Source: Botryllus schlosseri (Eukaryota). From it: 64,000 nucleotides of DNA. Below are positions 1 to 12,832 of this stretch, piece after piece. The notes beneath the pieces were generated by a model. That model made no database searches, was not told the origin of the DNA, and saw nothing but the letters and a program-made list of their open reading frames with translations. The stretch's first letter is position 1. Each line of letters opens with the position of its first letter. Location: contig CM119371.1 in NCBI GenBank assembly GCA_051294905.1, forward strand, positions 38,566,001 to 38,630,000. The letters are read 5' to 3'. The position numbers were made by a program, and so were the translations under genes.

Positions 1-607
1 GTCACTTGAGTAAGTGCAGCGAGTAGGTGAAGCTCAATGCATACTCTGTAAGAGTATAACGTCTTTGATGACCACCTCTGATCTTCGTCATGCATATTAC
101 GTCAGCATCGATTTTATTTCATCTCTGTTTTTCATCTCGGTTTTCTTTGGTTTTTTATATGCCGAATTCATTATCTTTCGCTAATAACCCAAAATATCCG
201 AAATCATTAACCGTGCGCAAGTGTTCCAGTGTTACATACCTAAACGTATCAAAAACCTGCCCACCAGACCTCATATATTCTGTACGGCCAATATTAATCA
301 AACGAATATCCATTGGGTGAGATTAGCGTGCGCATTAATTGATGTTCTACAGTGCTACACCCACTCCAAAAGTGGTCATAAAATACATTCGGAACCAAAA
401 TAATAAGCGAACCATTAATATTTTCACCGATGATAACAAGTCAATATCGCACTTTAAAAAAGATATAATTTTCGGCCATTGAAGATTAAAAAAGATCGCA
501 CTATTTGTAAAGAGTCTCATTAGTATAATCTTGCTTGCTAGGCTGGGAATATTGCTCTGTTTCTTGCGTTGTATCGTTGTTGTTACTTGTATAGCCTACA
601 TGTAATG

Positions 608-1295
608 CAGTGGTTCCCAACCTTTTTTGTCTCGTGCCCCCCTTGGCCGATATTTGAGCTAAAATTCCCCCCCTATGAGAAAGTTACCTGTTACTAAAAA
701 TGTTCTTTTTAACGCTCAACCATTTGTTGACTGAGCCATTGATGGTCAAACATATTCAGATATGTTCGAACTATGGCGAATACGGACTGCACTAAACTTT
801 GATAAAGTACAGTCGAATTTGACCTGTGTTGGGGCGGTATGGGTGGCCGCTGTCGAAAAATAAATCACCAAGTCTGCTTGCTATGGACTTGAGTTGAATC
901 GATGAATTTGGTACGGTACGTTTTTCAGGTTAGCCCATATGTTGGCTTAAAAAGTTGAACAATTTCACTAGTGGCGTTGTGCTGAATTCGGCTTGACGTT
1001 TTCCTGCTCAGTAGCAATTTGATCGAGAGGCTGTCGCGGACCCAACGAAATCGTCTTGTTAGCCTCACTTTATCAGGGGGTAAAAAAGCTACTGAAGGCA
1101 TTTAAACGTACACCTAAATTGAAATCCGCCGACGAAACATACAATTGTAAAGAACGAATTTCTACTTAAGAGTTCTATACCATAAAAATCTAAAAACCTT
1201 GTGAACTCAGTGTATCTGCCTGATTTCCCCTTAAAAATTGAGCTAGATTCCACCCTAAAAATTTCAAAATTCCCCCCAAAGGTTGGGAACCACTG
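608..1295. mobile_element. hAT-type MITE (non-autonomous DNA transposon)
   Basis: TIR CAGTGGTTCCCAACCTTT ... AAAGGTTGGGAACCACTG; 8-bp flanks ATGTAATG / ATATAATG (1 mismatch), consistent with a hAT TSD. Confidence 0.75.
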
Positions 1296-2597
1296 ATATA
1301 ATGGAAATGGTTCTTTTGTGTTGTAGACTCCTAGCATCGAATTCAATTTTGCTTGCACGAAACAATCAGAATTTGCCATTATACTGTGCTCAGTTTTACC
1401 CTGGTCGAGGAAACGCTTGCTCGAAATAACTGTCAGCAGAAGAACTAACGTGTCACGCTAACATGAATCGCCGGAAATATAAATTCTTTCGGAGAGTATG
1501 TGGATTTTCGTGTCCCACAGCAGGCAGATGAATATACGTTTGACATTTGGTGAATCAGCTGTTTGAGTGCAAGTTTTCATCAATTACCACCTCGCTGGTA
1601 TATGACGGGGAGATAGCGTAGTGGTGACGAAAAGCGCCCCGGTTCAATTCCCGCCAGGGTCCATCTGGACTCTTATTCTCCAGACAGAGACCCGACGAAA
1701 GAAAGAACTCTCAAGGAATGAAAAGGGCCGTTGTTTCAAAAAGATCAACATCGATAAGAACTGTCACATCGGGCACTCTAGGCGGAGGTGGAAGTCAGTC
1801 TAACTAAAAGGATCACAACTAGCCTACGTGTCGTTCGATATCCTTCCATCCGCTCATGACATCGCATTGTACATTGTGTGTGACTTGTTTTGGTGAAAAA
1901 TGTAACCCAACGATTATTATTAGTATTATTAAGCGGTTCGCTGTCGTGGTGCGACAATCTTCGAGAGTTTGAAATGAGAGTTGAATGTTTGAGTTGAGTT
2001 TACTATAACTATAGAACTAAACTTTCTATATAGAAATAGTATAGAAGTAAACTTTGTATACTGTAACTGTATCCTTCAGATATCTACGCAAGATCGCGAT
2101 ACGGTGAAAAAAAAGGAAAGTAGGAACGACTTGAAGTGGTCTCTGAAGTCAGACACTCACCCGGGCATGAAATATGTAAGAAACATGTACATTAGGCCTG
2201 TTCAAAAATGACTTAATTATTTACGGATCCCGGAGATTCACTGATTCAATAGTTAGGTTGCCTAAAAAACGCTGCAAACAAAATTCGGCTCAATTATAAC
2301 CTGTAGGCCTATACGCTCTAGCCAAAAAATTTTTGATAAAAAATTAAAATAAATTCCTCCAAATCTTACTTTCAACGCCATGAAATTTTTAAGCTACCTA
2401 CAAAAACGATGATAAACACAAATTTGACGGAATTCCAACCAGTATAGAAGCTAATTTTTGGATTTGCAGCAATAGTATTGACGGTGGAAAATCCCAGAAT
2501 TATGAATGAAAAACTAATAACGTCCCTTCTACGGCTCGGAATTGCGTCATTGTGATTTCGCAGACCGCTATAAAAATAAAGTAAACAAAGGAAAAGA

Positions 2598-2670
2598 CGC
2601 ACGATAAGGGACTTGAACCCTTGACCGTTGGATTAAAAGTTCAACGTCCTACCGACTGAGCTAACTGGGC
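2598..2670 (-). tRNA. tRNA-Lys(TTT), probably a pseudogene
   Basis: Minus strand reads GCCCAGTTAGCTCAGTCGGTAGGACGTTGAACTTTTAATCCAACGGTCAAGGGTTCAAGTCCCTTATCGTGCG (73 nt), close to eukaryotic tRNA-Lys(TTT). A and B boxes are present and a T-run terminator follows. Mismatches occur in the acceptor, D and anticodon stems. Confidence 0.8.
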
Positions 2671-3670
2671 TCATGGTATCGTATGCATCAAGGCGTGTTC
2701 TCATTTTTCAAATAATAATATTATACACGCAAAAACATGTTACAATCACGTGAATGTCTTGCGCACCGGCAAACACCTAGCCTATAGCTGGTTCAGTGGA
2801 ATCCAGAGAGCCACATCATTCTTGTTAAAACAGCGTGATGGATCCTAACTGTCACTAGCCTACGAAATAACGACTCTAATATGCAGGTGTCGCGTAACCC
2901 CGAATCGTCACTAGGGCAAGTTTTTGCAACTCTTGCAACTTTTTTACAGCTTCCGGCAGCTTCCTAAATACTCAGAATTTTTGCGAGTTGCGAGTTTTGC
3001 TACAGTGCCTTGGATACAGATCGATTCATCGATGTCATGCCCTAATACTGCCAAGAACCTTGTCTAAAAATTGTCTAAACTTTTTAATGCAACTTTTGTG
3101 AAAATTAAATGCAATTTTCCACGGATTTGACTGCAACCAAAACTTTCCCAACTAATTACTTTAGGTTACTGGTGCATAATATAAGCTGTGCAACGTGCAT
3201 CAATAGAGTGTTAAAACACAATAATTAAGATGGAATTTCAGTGTGGTTTGACTTATGTTGTTATGCGAGGCTCCACCTTGGAATAAGTGTCTTCGTAATG
3301 TTCCGTTGAAAGTTACAAGCTTGATTGCTTAACTACAAACGAGCACATAAGGACGATGTTCCGATTTCGATTTTCAAACTCCCTGCGTATAGGCCACTGC
3401 ACAAGAGGCACCACCACAACAATCGCAATTCGACTATAATGATCGAGCCTGCAACTTACGATGGCCAAGCAGGCGTACCATCACAAATATGCAGCAATAA
3501 AGGGTATTATCTCTGGGTTTCTCTGTATTAGAAGAATAGTGAACCAGATATTTTGAGTTTTCGGCTATACTAAATACTTAACTCGACAGTCCTGTGGCTT
3601 GTCGTGTAAGTTCTTCGTCCGATATAGTCAATACAATACAATACAATACAGTTCATGCAAGTAGTTTCGG

Positions 3671-4248
3671 CATAGGGTCCTATATGGGGTGGACACAAGC
3701 AAATCTCACGCCTCAGTGAAAACTACGTCACACTTTGCCGAGCATTAAATTTGATAAAGCGGGGATCAATCGAAAGATACCGCGATATGGACCCCCCCCC
3801 CCCCAAAAAAAAAAAAAATCAGCCTGGAATGTTGCATTCTAACGGAGCTCGGTATTGTGTGCAACGTCTGGAAGCAGGTGAGGAGCAGAGCAAACTGCCA
3901 GCGTATTGACAATTGCTGCGCAGCCGATTGAACATTCGCACTCTCACTCCTATGCGCGCTTGCTCCTGAGCTGATAATACGGCATGGTTGCGTCAGAATA
4001 AGAAACTCCGTTACAATGCAACCTTCGAGGCTGATTTTGAGGGGTTCCAAGATCACGAGCAGAATATTTTCGCAATCGGTACCGTGGTAGCTTTCCATGA
4101 TTCACGTTTTATCAAATTTGCTGATCGGTTAGCCGGTCAGAATTATCGTTAAATTGCCTTTTACCAAATGGAAAGTGTGACGTAGACCAATCTCACCGAA
4201 CCGTGAGATTTGCTTGTGTCCAGTGTCTACACCACATAGGACACTATG
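3671..4248. mobile_element. MITE with CATAG termini
   Basis: Inverted ends CATAGGGTCCTATATGG..GGACACAAGCAAATCTCACG / CGTGAGATTTGCTTGTGTCC..CATAGGACACTATG; TTTCGG on both flanks. A further partial end starts near 4273. Confidence 0.6.
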
Positions 4249-4885
4249 ATTTCGGCGTATAGAGTCTCATCATATAGTGTTCTATATGGTGTCGACACAG
4301 GCAAATCTCACGGCTCAGTGAAATTGTATCACGTCACAATTTCGATTTGGCTACCGGCTATTTGACGGTCATTTTTGACCGGCTTCATCAAACCTTATCA
4401 CGCATTTCTTGAGATGTTATCCCAATCACACCTCCAATCTTGGCCAAATATAGTGGGGTCAGAAATTCTCGCACCCTGTTCAGCGAATGCAATCTAACAG
4501 ATTCCCAGCAAGTGAAATGTAAATGTGAACCAAAATGTTGTAATTCGTAGTTATGAAGAGGTTTTTTCCTTTTGCATTTATTGTAACTTTACACCTTATC
4601 GTTATCATCCTTATCGCTGACGCCTTACCAATTACATTTCATTATGCTCACTAAGCGCTGAGTAGCATAATCGTGTGATTACATGTCATTGACTGTCTTG
4701 TAGCCAATTCGCTGTTAGATGCTTAAACTTTTGGTTGGTAACAGTCGCTTGAAACTTTTTCTGTATTTGCAGTTTACAGTACTCATGATTAGGAATAGTT
4801 TGAATACGTTTGAGTTTTTTTTTAATTAAAGTGTATTCTACGTATCGAAAATGATACATGGCTACTAAATAGCTTGAGATTGTTG

Positions 4886-5822
4886 CAGTGTTGGGATGAC
4901 TCGAGTCATGACTTGACTCGAGTCAGACTCGAGTCACTTTTTCGTATGACTTGACTTGACTCGAGTCACTTTGCAAAAATGACTGGACTTGACTTGACTC
5001 GGCGCTTCAAAAATGCGGATTGACTCGTGACTCGGACCAAAATTTACGAGTCAATTTCAAGTCATCAAGTTAACGATATCAATCAGATCAGTGTATTTTG
5101 TGCATATGTTCGTATTGCTCGCGGTACGCCAGTGTCACTTGTGAGAGTAGCCAGGCATTCACTGAATGTACATATGAGCGATCCTCCATTATTGCATCAC
5201 AAATATATTGACCACAGACGAAATGATCACAGCTTACGTTGTCGTAGTAGTATAGTAGTCGTAGAAGAATAAGAATACAATAGCAATTAACGTATCGATG
5301 TTTCTTGGACGGCTCAGTGCTAATATTGCGCAGTGATCACTTTTACCAACCCTCTTGAATGATTCAAATTCATATCAATTTGTTACACCTTCTCGAGGCT
5401 TCATATTCGATCCTATTGGCTGATATTATAACAGACTGTAGCATGGCTGTACAGTTAGTCGCGTATTTTATTTGCGGTTCCACGTGTGCGTGATGGGCGC
5501 CTTCTTGCGTGCATATTAAGCTTTATATTATTTATTTGATGCAAGGTCAACTGCAAATTATTCTGTCTTTCACACAGCTAGCTAAATGTAATGACTTTGA
5601 ACCGTCACTGATACTTCTTCGAAAATTCAATTTGACTTGGATTGTGACTTGACTCGTTACTCGACTTGACTTGACTTGACTCGAGTCACAGCCAAAAAAA
5701 CCAGTGACTTGACTTGACTGAGTCACCTTTGAAAATCGATTGACTTGACTTGACTCGAGTCAAAATGTGCAATGACTCGAGATGACTCGTGACTCGAAGG
5801 TAGTGACTTGATCCCAACACTG
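4886..5822. mobile_element. hAT-type MITE with (GACTT/GACTC)n subterminal repeats
   Basis: TIR CAGTGTTGGGAT / ATCCCAACACTG; perfect 8-bp TSD GATTGTTG; arrays of GACTTGACTCGAGTC at both ends. A related fragment lies at about 53820-53960. Confidence 0.85.
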
Positions 5823-7231
5823 GATTGTTGCTAATTACGTCGCTACGGTTGTCGAAGAACACCTCTCTACCGAATCAATTACAATTCAGTGGTTCTTAAC
5901 ATTTTTTCCTCCAGTGCCCCTTTCAAAAATTATCGGGCACCAGCGCCCCCCAACCTCATATTGCAAGGAATGTTATAAAGACAATGAGTAAGAGGAATAG
6001 CCGTAACAGCACTTTGTCAACCCCCTTAAAAACGATTGCCGTGCGCACCAATAGCGTGATAAACCAAACTTCTGAAGGCTTCACCCCAAGAGCCCCGTAG
6101 CGTGATTTCGATGGTCAGCAAAGTTTGTGTGGCCTATGGTCGCCGTAGGGGCCAAAATTTTCTACAGTGCATGAATGCATAGATGGTAATTACATAAATA
6201 TGTCGCTATTAATTTTTTATCCTCTCAGCCCGCGTAATCAGATTTACCAGTAGCGCTCAGTGAGCTGTTGTATTGGAAAATAAAGGGCACGTAATTAAAC
6301 ATATTCGGGCGTGCCAGTAGCCGTATTGATGACTAATTTACGGATAGATGTGCAACAAGTGACTCACGATTGAACACGCAGATATGCGTAGCCTACTGCT
6401 TAGCCGGCAAAAACAGCGTAATTGGTAGTGCAAAAGCTTGCGACCCAAGCGTCCGAATAATTTGATATGACGGTGTTTATCGAAATACGAATGGAAATCT
6501 AGCCAGGGCAATAAAACTACTCCGAAATAGCCAGAAAAAGTTGATTGTTCTGAACAACTGGAGGGCGGCAACACAACGGCCAATGGCGTCAATCGGACTA
6601 TCGGAATTTTCATATTTTGATACTATATTCGGTTCCTATCATTGCGCTGGTATTCGTGCGGCCCCGATCGTGTTCAGAAATTCTAAATTTGGCCCTGCCA
6701 CCGTAATTGAAACCACGATATATTACACATTATTCGTGCTAGGTCGTTGCTGTTCATTTCTGTGAATAGATATTGTTCGTACAAGTTCATTGATACCTTG
6801 TTATTTGATATTTATTATATCGAAGATGTCAAAATCGTATATCAAACACCGTAGATAAATATGTTGCAAAATACACGGTGTCGGCAATTCGCGCGTCATT
6901 GACGACTCTCAGATAACGTTCTGTATGTTTCGTTCTAGCCGTCTTCGGGCATAGTTGTTTCATTATGTGAATAGCTAGTGTCCATGCAAGTCCACACGTA
7001 TCTTCATGTCTGATATCAGTTACATCTAAGCTGATCAAAAGCTATGTGATAGGCCGCGTGACAAAAATATCCGCCGAAGCATCATTTCGCAGACACGCGC
7101 GTTCCTCATACGCGCCATATACACTGTCGTTTAGTTGGTTTTATTCGTCATAACCAGCTGTAGTTTGTTGCTATGAATAGCGATTGTCAGTTTCTGTTTA
7201 TATTTTGCTAAAGCAACTATATTAGTTCGCT

Positions 7232-7592
7232 CAGTGATTCCCAACCTGTGGTACGCGTACCACTAGGGGTACGCGAAGGTCCTTCAGGTGGTACGCGAGT
7301 AGATTCTGTTTTTTTTTTCGACCGAAGGGATTTTTTAGTTCACTTGTGGTTGGTTTCGAGTTTTTCGAAGCCGTCGTCGTCGTGGCAAGGTGTGTCCGTG
7401 GTAAGGTATAACCTACGTCTAAGAAACGAAACCGACTTGTTGCGCCCACTTGTTGCGCCCAGAATTTGTTAACACCCCTAGCTTACGTCAAATACCTGAT
7501 TATGACGTCATAAATCGTGGATGTAGGTGGTGCGCGAGCACTGCATAAAACTTCAAAATGGTACGTGGGCGGCAAAAGGTTGGGAACCACTG
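7232..7592. mobile_element. hAT-type MITE
   Basis: TIR CAGTGATTCCCAACCT / AGGTTGGGAACCACTG with GGTACGCG subterminal motifs; TSD not clear. Confidence 0.65.
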
Positions 7593-8382
7593 ATAGCTCT
7601 ATACCGCTCAAGGTTTCATTTGAAAACCGGGAAGCGAATTCCGTCAGACTACCGTACCAGCGTCAAGCACATGGGTGAATACCCGTCACATACCGTGAAA
7701 TATATCGTGTTCTACTAGCCATAAACCTTCATAGATTGTGTCTGTGAATTGTTGTTGCATATATGATTCTAAATAACGGCTAATGGTAGAGTATAATTCG
7801 GAATACATACAATATTACTCAGCGATTATACATACGCTAAACCGTGCGTCTGGGTATGCAAAGAGCTGTCGTACATCGATATATATCTTACGTTGTAGTA
7901 ATGATAAGCATTTGCAGTAAATCATTATGGTAAGTACTGTAAATGTCCGTCTACGAATACTAAAATGACTAATATAGGGTCACAACAGTTGGAGTTATAA
8001 GCCTTAGAAGTTACCATACGCGCGCGCATCATTCGCCATGACTCACTCTCTCGGAGGCCTGCCGCGAGCTGACTAAAACGGTCGGTATTGTTTTGATTAG
8101 AAATTAGCGCCTGCTAGACGTAGACCGTCGACTCAGGGCTCTCTACAACGATGAATTCTGAGCCTATACAATACACCAAACTGTAACGTCGTCGAATACC
8201 TATACTAAGGTTCATAAAGTATGCGATTTATCATGTCCATTCCCAACCAACGTTTTCTCGGCTTGTTGTTCACATATATAATCAGATATTGCATCGGTAG
8301 CGCGATGATATGTAGAATCGAACGACACCTCGGTTACAGTGTTCGGGTCTCAGGAAGGTACTAAGTAGTACTAAGTAGTAAA

Positions 8383-8891
8383 TAGGGCTGGGCACAATGA
8401 TTCGAGTACTCGAATCTGAATCGAGTAATAATTTTAATGATTCGAGTCGAGTAGTAAAATACGATTTTTTCGAGTACTGAAATTATAAGCTTCTCACTAC
8501 TTGAAGTTAATTTATCAACGAGAATTATAGTTTTGCTACTAATTTTGACCGTTGAAGCCATGAAACCGTGATTGGTGGTATCGTAGCATACGAAACATAT
8601 ATTACAAAGGATACCGGGCGTAGCACATTTCTGAAGTCATGATTATCCCACAACATTGTCACCAAGTGGAATGAAATCTGTATGGTTGAAAAAATACCAA
8701 ATTATCGTTTATGAGATGGATAACAGCCATCATATTCTTTTTGGTGGCATAAACGGTACATATTTGAACTTTGACGTATTACATTCTGTTATGACGTCAT
8801 AATGAGTGATACTCGATTACTCGACTCGACTCGAAGCATATTGCGTGATTCAGAATCGAATCACTCCAGTACTCGATTTTGCCCAGCCCTA
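8383..8891. mobile_element. hAT-type MITE, family A (TAGGGCTGGGCA)
   Basis: TIR TAGGGCTGGGCA / TGCCCAGCCCTA; perfect 8-bp TSD GTAGTAAA; further copies at 28143-28647, 51322-51826 and a partial copy at about 10690-11500. Confidence 0.85.
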
Positions 8892-9986
8892 GTAGTAAAG
8901 AAGTAAAATTTTTCGAGAATGGCAGCGGGTGCCAATCGATTAATGCAAATAGCCTATATGCTATCATGCCATTGGTGAGTGGAAATTTACACACATCCAA
9001 TAAAATGACGTCAATGGGAATATGCAGTCAGTGCGATATCTACAATTCTAGCTCCTTTCCCGAACAAATATTAATTAAATATACTAAAGATAACTGCATC
9101 GTTATTTTATCTGTGTGAATTGAGAGTCTGGTTAATTTGATTACGAACGCTGATATCGCATAATGATAAGGCGTACATCTTTATTTAAATGTGGGTTTAT
9201 GTGCACAATATGCAGTGGTTCATAAACCATATTGCAGTAGTCAAGTACCAACCATTATGATACGAGTTGTTTTTATCCATGAATGAAATTCTGCACGAAA
9301 GCTGTGAGCATCGTCGAATTCACATGCATGAAATACTATTTACGTGTCTATGAGAAAGATTGTAACCCGTAACTTACGGCGAAATGGTCAAGAATCGGTC
9401 AGCTTTGATTCATTGTAAAATATAACTTTCCAATAACAACCATACCGATCATCCAACCATCTAGATCAGTGGTTCCAAATGTGGGCTATATCGCCTCATA
9501 ATTAGCGATTTCGAGAAAAAAAGCGGGCGAAAATACCGAATGGGCGATTGGGGGGGGGGCGATGGGGAGAAAATGTCACACTGATATGTGAGATACCGTG
9601 GTTTTCGATATATATTACGCTCCTTTGTATATTATGCTTTCTGAAAATTGCATATAGATGCTGCAAAAAGCCTGTAGTCCTACCCATGTAGCAAAAGTGT
9701 AACACTTATAGTCATAAAAAGTCACTTTTTCCATATAGCTTAGTACAAACTTCCTTATTGCGATTGTCACATTTACACGTGCAGTGCGTTTCCAAATCTC
9801 TAGTTCGTGAAACAAGACTCGCGATGGCCTGTCATCATCAGCCATAAATGATGAACCGGCGGGCATGTCAAAAAAGAAGGAAATGTGAGGGCCGACGACT
9901 GAAGTTCCAAGAAGATTCGAAGCACTAAATATTTGATTACTGGATTCGAGGGTGAGCCCGTTCTTTAGTATCAAGCATGTCGCCTA

Positions 9987-10599
9987 GGGCTGTTCAAAAA
10001 TAACTTTTTTTTCCAGATTCCAGCCATTCACTGATTAAATTGTCAGGTTGCCACAACAAAGGCTGCACACCAAATTTGGTTCAATTCGAACATGTCTAAG
10101 CGTCCGCAGAGCCAATTAAATTTTTTAATTTACTACGTAAAATTAAAAAAAAAAATTTCAAATTTTTCTCTCAACCCCATGAAAATGTTGAGATGTCTTC
10201 AAAGACCATGCAAATGAAATTTGAGTCAATTCCAACCAGTAGAAACCGAGTTATTTGAGTTTTTCGTTGATAATTCTCGGATTATCCACCAATCAAGGCT
10301 AATTGGAGAATTATCAACGAAAAACTCCAATAACTCCACTTCTACTAGTCCGAATTGAGTCAAATTTTATTTGCATCGTCTCTGAAGACAGCTCAACAAT
10401 TTCATGGGGTTGACAGAAAAATTTGAAAAATTTTTTTTTTCAATTTTCCTGTATAAATTAAAAATTTTAATTGGATCCGCGGAGCCCAATACTTGTTAGA
10501 ATTGAACCAAATTTGGTGTGCAGCGTTTTTTAAGGTAACCTGACGATTTAATCACTGAATGGCTGGAATCCGGAAAAAAAAGATATTTTTGAACAGCCC
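9987..10599. mobile_element. Foldback (palindromic) MITE
   Basis: Ends GGGCTGTTCAAAAAT / ATTTTTGAACAGCCC; the whole element is an imperfect hairpin centred near 10290. A related half copy lies at about 2195-2545. Confidence 0.7.
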
Positions 10600-10819
10600 A
10601 GACATTGTCGCCGCGGGGTATAATTCAGTCTGTATTAAAACACGACACTCGGCTAAGGGAGGACAAATTTCGGAACCACTGTTAGTTTCCACAAACAACA
10701 ATAAGACTATTTCACCAAGCTGCACATTATACTCGGTAGTGAGGAGCTCCTGGTAACTGAAAGGTAATTTACTAACGAACGTAACTGGAAATAACACACA
10801 TGTACGAAGCCATGATCAC

Positions 10820-11250
10820 TAGGGCAAGTTTTTTGAACTTTTGCCACTTTTTTTACAGCTTCGGGCAGCTTCTTGGATACTCGGAAGTTTTGTAGAATGC
10901 TGTTTTAGGCTGTTTCAAGGAATCATGAAAGATTTTTCGATTTTTCATGCAACCAACTATATCCTGGAAATATTTGGCAGTATATGTAAATAGATCGCTT
11001 GATTATGTCACTGCTTTCTGAGAATTTTGGTGAAATAGCCTACGCGGCCAAATTAGACTGTAAATCAGCACTGAAGCAACGCTTTTCGGGAGCTGAGCCG
11101 GAAAGTTGACTATATTTCGAGAGTGGAACTGGGAAGTTGACCTTTTTTAGTGCAACTTCTGTGAAAAAATAAATGCAACTTTTTACTGCAACTTTTGTGC
11201 ATAATAAATGCAACTTTCCACTGATTTAACTGCAACAAAAACTTGCCCTA
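10820..11250. mobile_element. hAT-type MITE, family B, nested in a family A copy
   Basis: TIR TAGGGCAAGTTTTT / AAAAACTTGCCCTA; TSD ATGATCAC / ATCATCAC; TGCAACTTTT repeats. Related copies at about 2912-3155 and 54741-54890. Confidence 0.75.
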
Positions 11251-12457
11251 ATCATCACCCCACACCATCGTCGAGTGCAATTAAATGGGTATGATCGAAG
11301 AAATATCAAAGTATCTTTAATGTGACCGATAACAGGCATTATGTTCTTCTTGGGGGCATGAAAGGTATTTATTTGAACTTTGACATAGTACATTCCGTTG
11401 TGACGTCATAATGAGTGATACTCGAATACTCGACTCGACGCGCAATACGTAGGCCTAATTCAGAATCGAATCACTCAGGTCCTCGATTTCATCCAGCCCT
11501 GTCAATGTTCTAATTTAGCTCCTGTACAAATAGAATACCAACTCAGCAGAAGATTGCGTGCTGCGCAGAATTCCACTAACTGGCATCACGCTTCTGGATA
11601 ATTGGAAGCACCCAACACTGCATATGACGCGAAAGGTGACTAATAAAAGGTCACCTCCATAGAAAGTAGACGCGGAAACCGGTTTTCTGAGCACCTACTC
11701 GGAAAAAAATGACCATATTTAGAGAACTCGGGAGCGATTAGGGTCAATTGAATAAATTTCCCGTATATATATGTCCTCTTTTTCGAATCCGTAAATATTG
11801 GGTTGCGTAAATTTGTGTCGAGCTTGATCAGCGGGAGAAAGTAGAATATGGTGGTCAGGAAACGACCAAAGAGTTAGTTTCAAATATTAGTTTGGTCGAT
11901 TGATAGCAATATTTAAGCAGTTAGTGTTGAGTGTCTACTTTTGAAATTGCAAAATGCGTAATGCGACCACGAATGGATGGCGTATTCGATAACATATTTG
12001 ACCATCGTCATATTGGTCTATCTTGTTCATTTATTATGACAATTTCAATCATAAAAGAAATGAAGATTGCCCACCTACCGGTCTTTTTACTTTACGAAAT
12101 CCACAGAACCAAATTGAGTATAGGTTTGCATAAAACCCTGTGATGCGATTATTGAAGTGTCGTCTGAAAGCATACCCAATCGCGCAAGTGATGCAAATAA
12201 CCTATATGCTGTCATGCCATTGCTGATGATAAATTTACAAACATCTTACAAATGAGGTCAACGAGAATATGCACTCGGCGCGCTATCTGCGATTCTAGCT
12301 CCTGTCCAGAACGAAAAAACAAATGTACGAAAGATAAATGTATCGTTATCTTGGCTGTGAGAATCGACAATCTGCTTATATGTTTGACACTATATGTCAG
12401 GGGTCGGGAACTCGGAACTCTTGATCCACATGTTGCTGTTTTCATGATATGATATTG

Positions 12458-12832
12458 TAGGGCTACCATATTTTAAAATCTGGAAATGGGGGACACTTTT
12501 ACCAGATCGGAAAAGTTGGTTGATAAAAACTGAAACCAGCTGATTTCGCTAATTCTGCTGAAAGATTTGGTAGATTGACCAAACAGAGGTCTTCACTTTC
12601 GTCCGAATCCAAATTTATACACTTTTTTTTTTAAATTGGTGCTGTTGACGGAAAAAAGGTCGTAATTTCCGGTCGAACCACGAATTTCCTATTTAGCGTC
12701 ATTTACGCCCCCTTTCACTCGAATCTATCCACTATCTTAACAGTAAAAGCTGTAACGGAGGACGACTTGATAAGAAGGATGTCATTTAGGCTTCCTCGGA
12801 GGACATTTCCAAAAGGACGTATGGTAATCCTA
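12458..12832. mobile_element. hAT-type MITE
   Basis: Inverted ends TAGGGCTACCATA / TATGGTAATCCTA with GGGGACA/GGAC subterminal motifs; TSD degenerate. Confidence 0.55.

Noticed and set aside
1607..1665. Degenerate A/B-box sequence (possible SINE head)
   Set aside because: Too short and diverged; no TSD or second copy seen.
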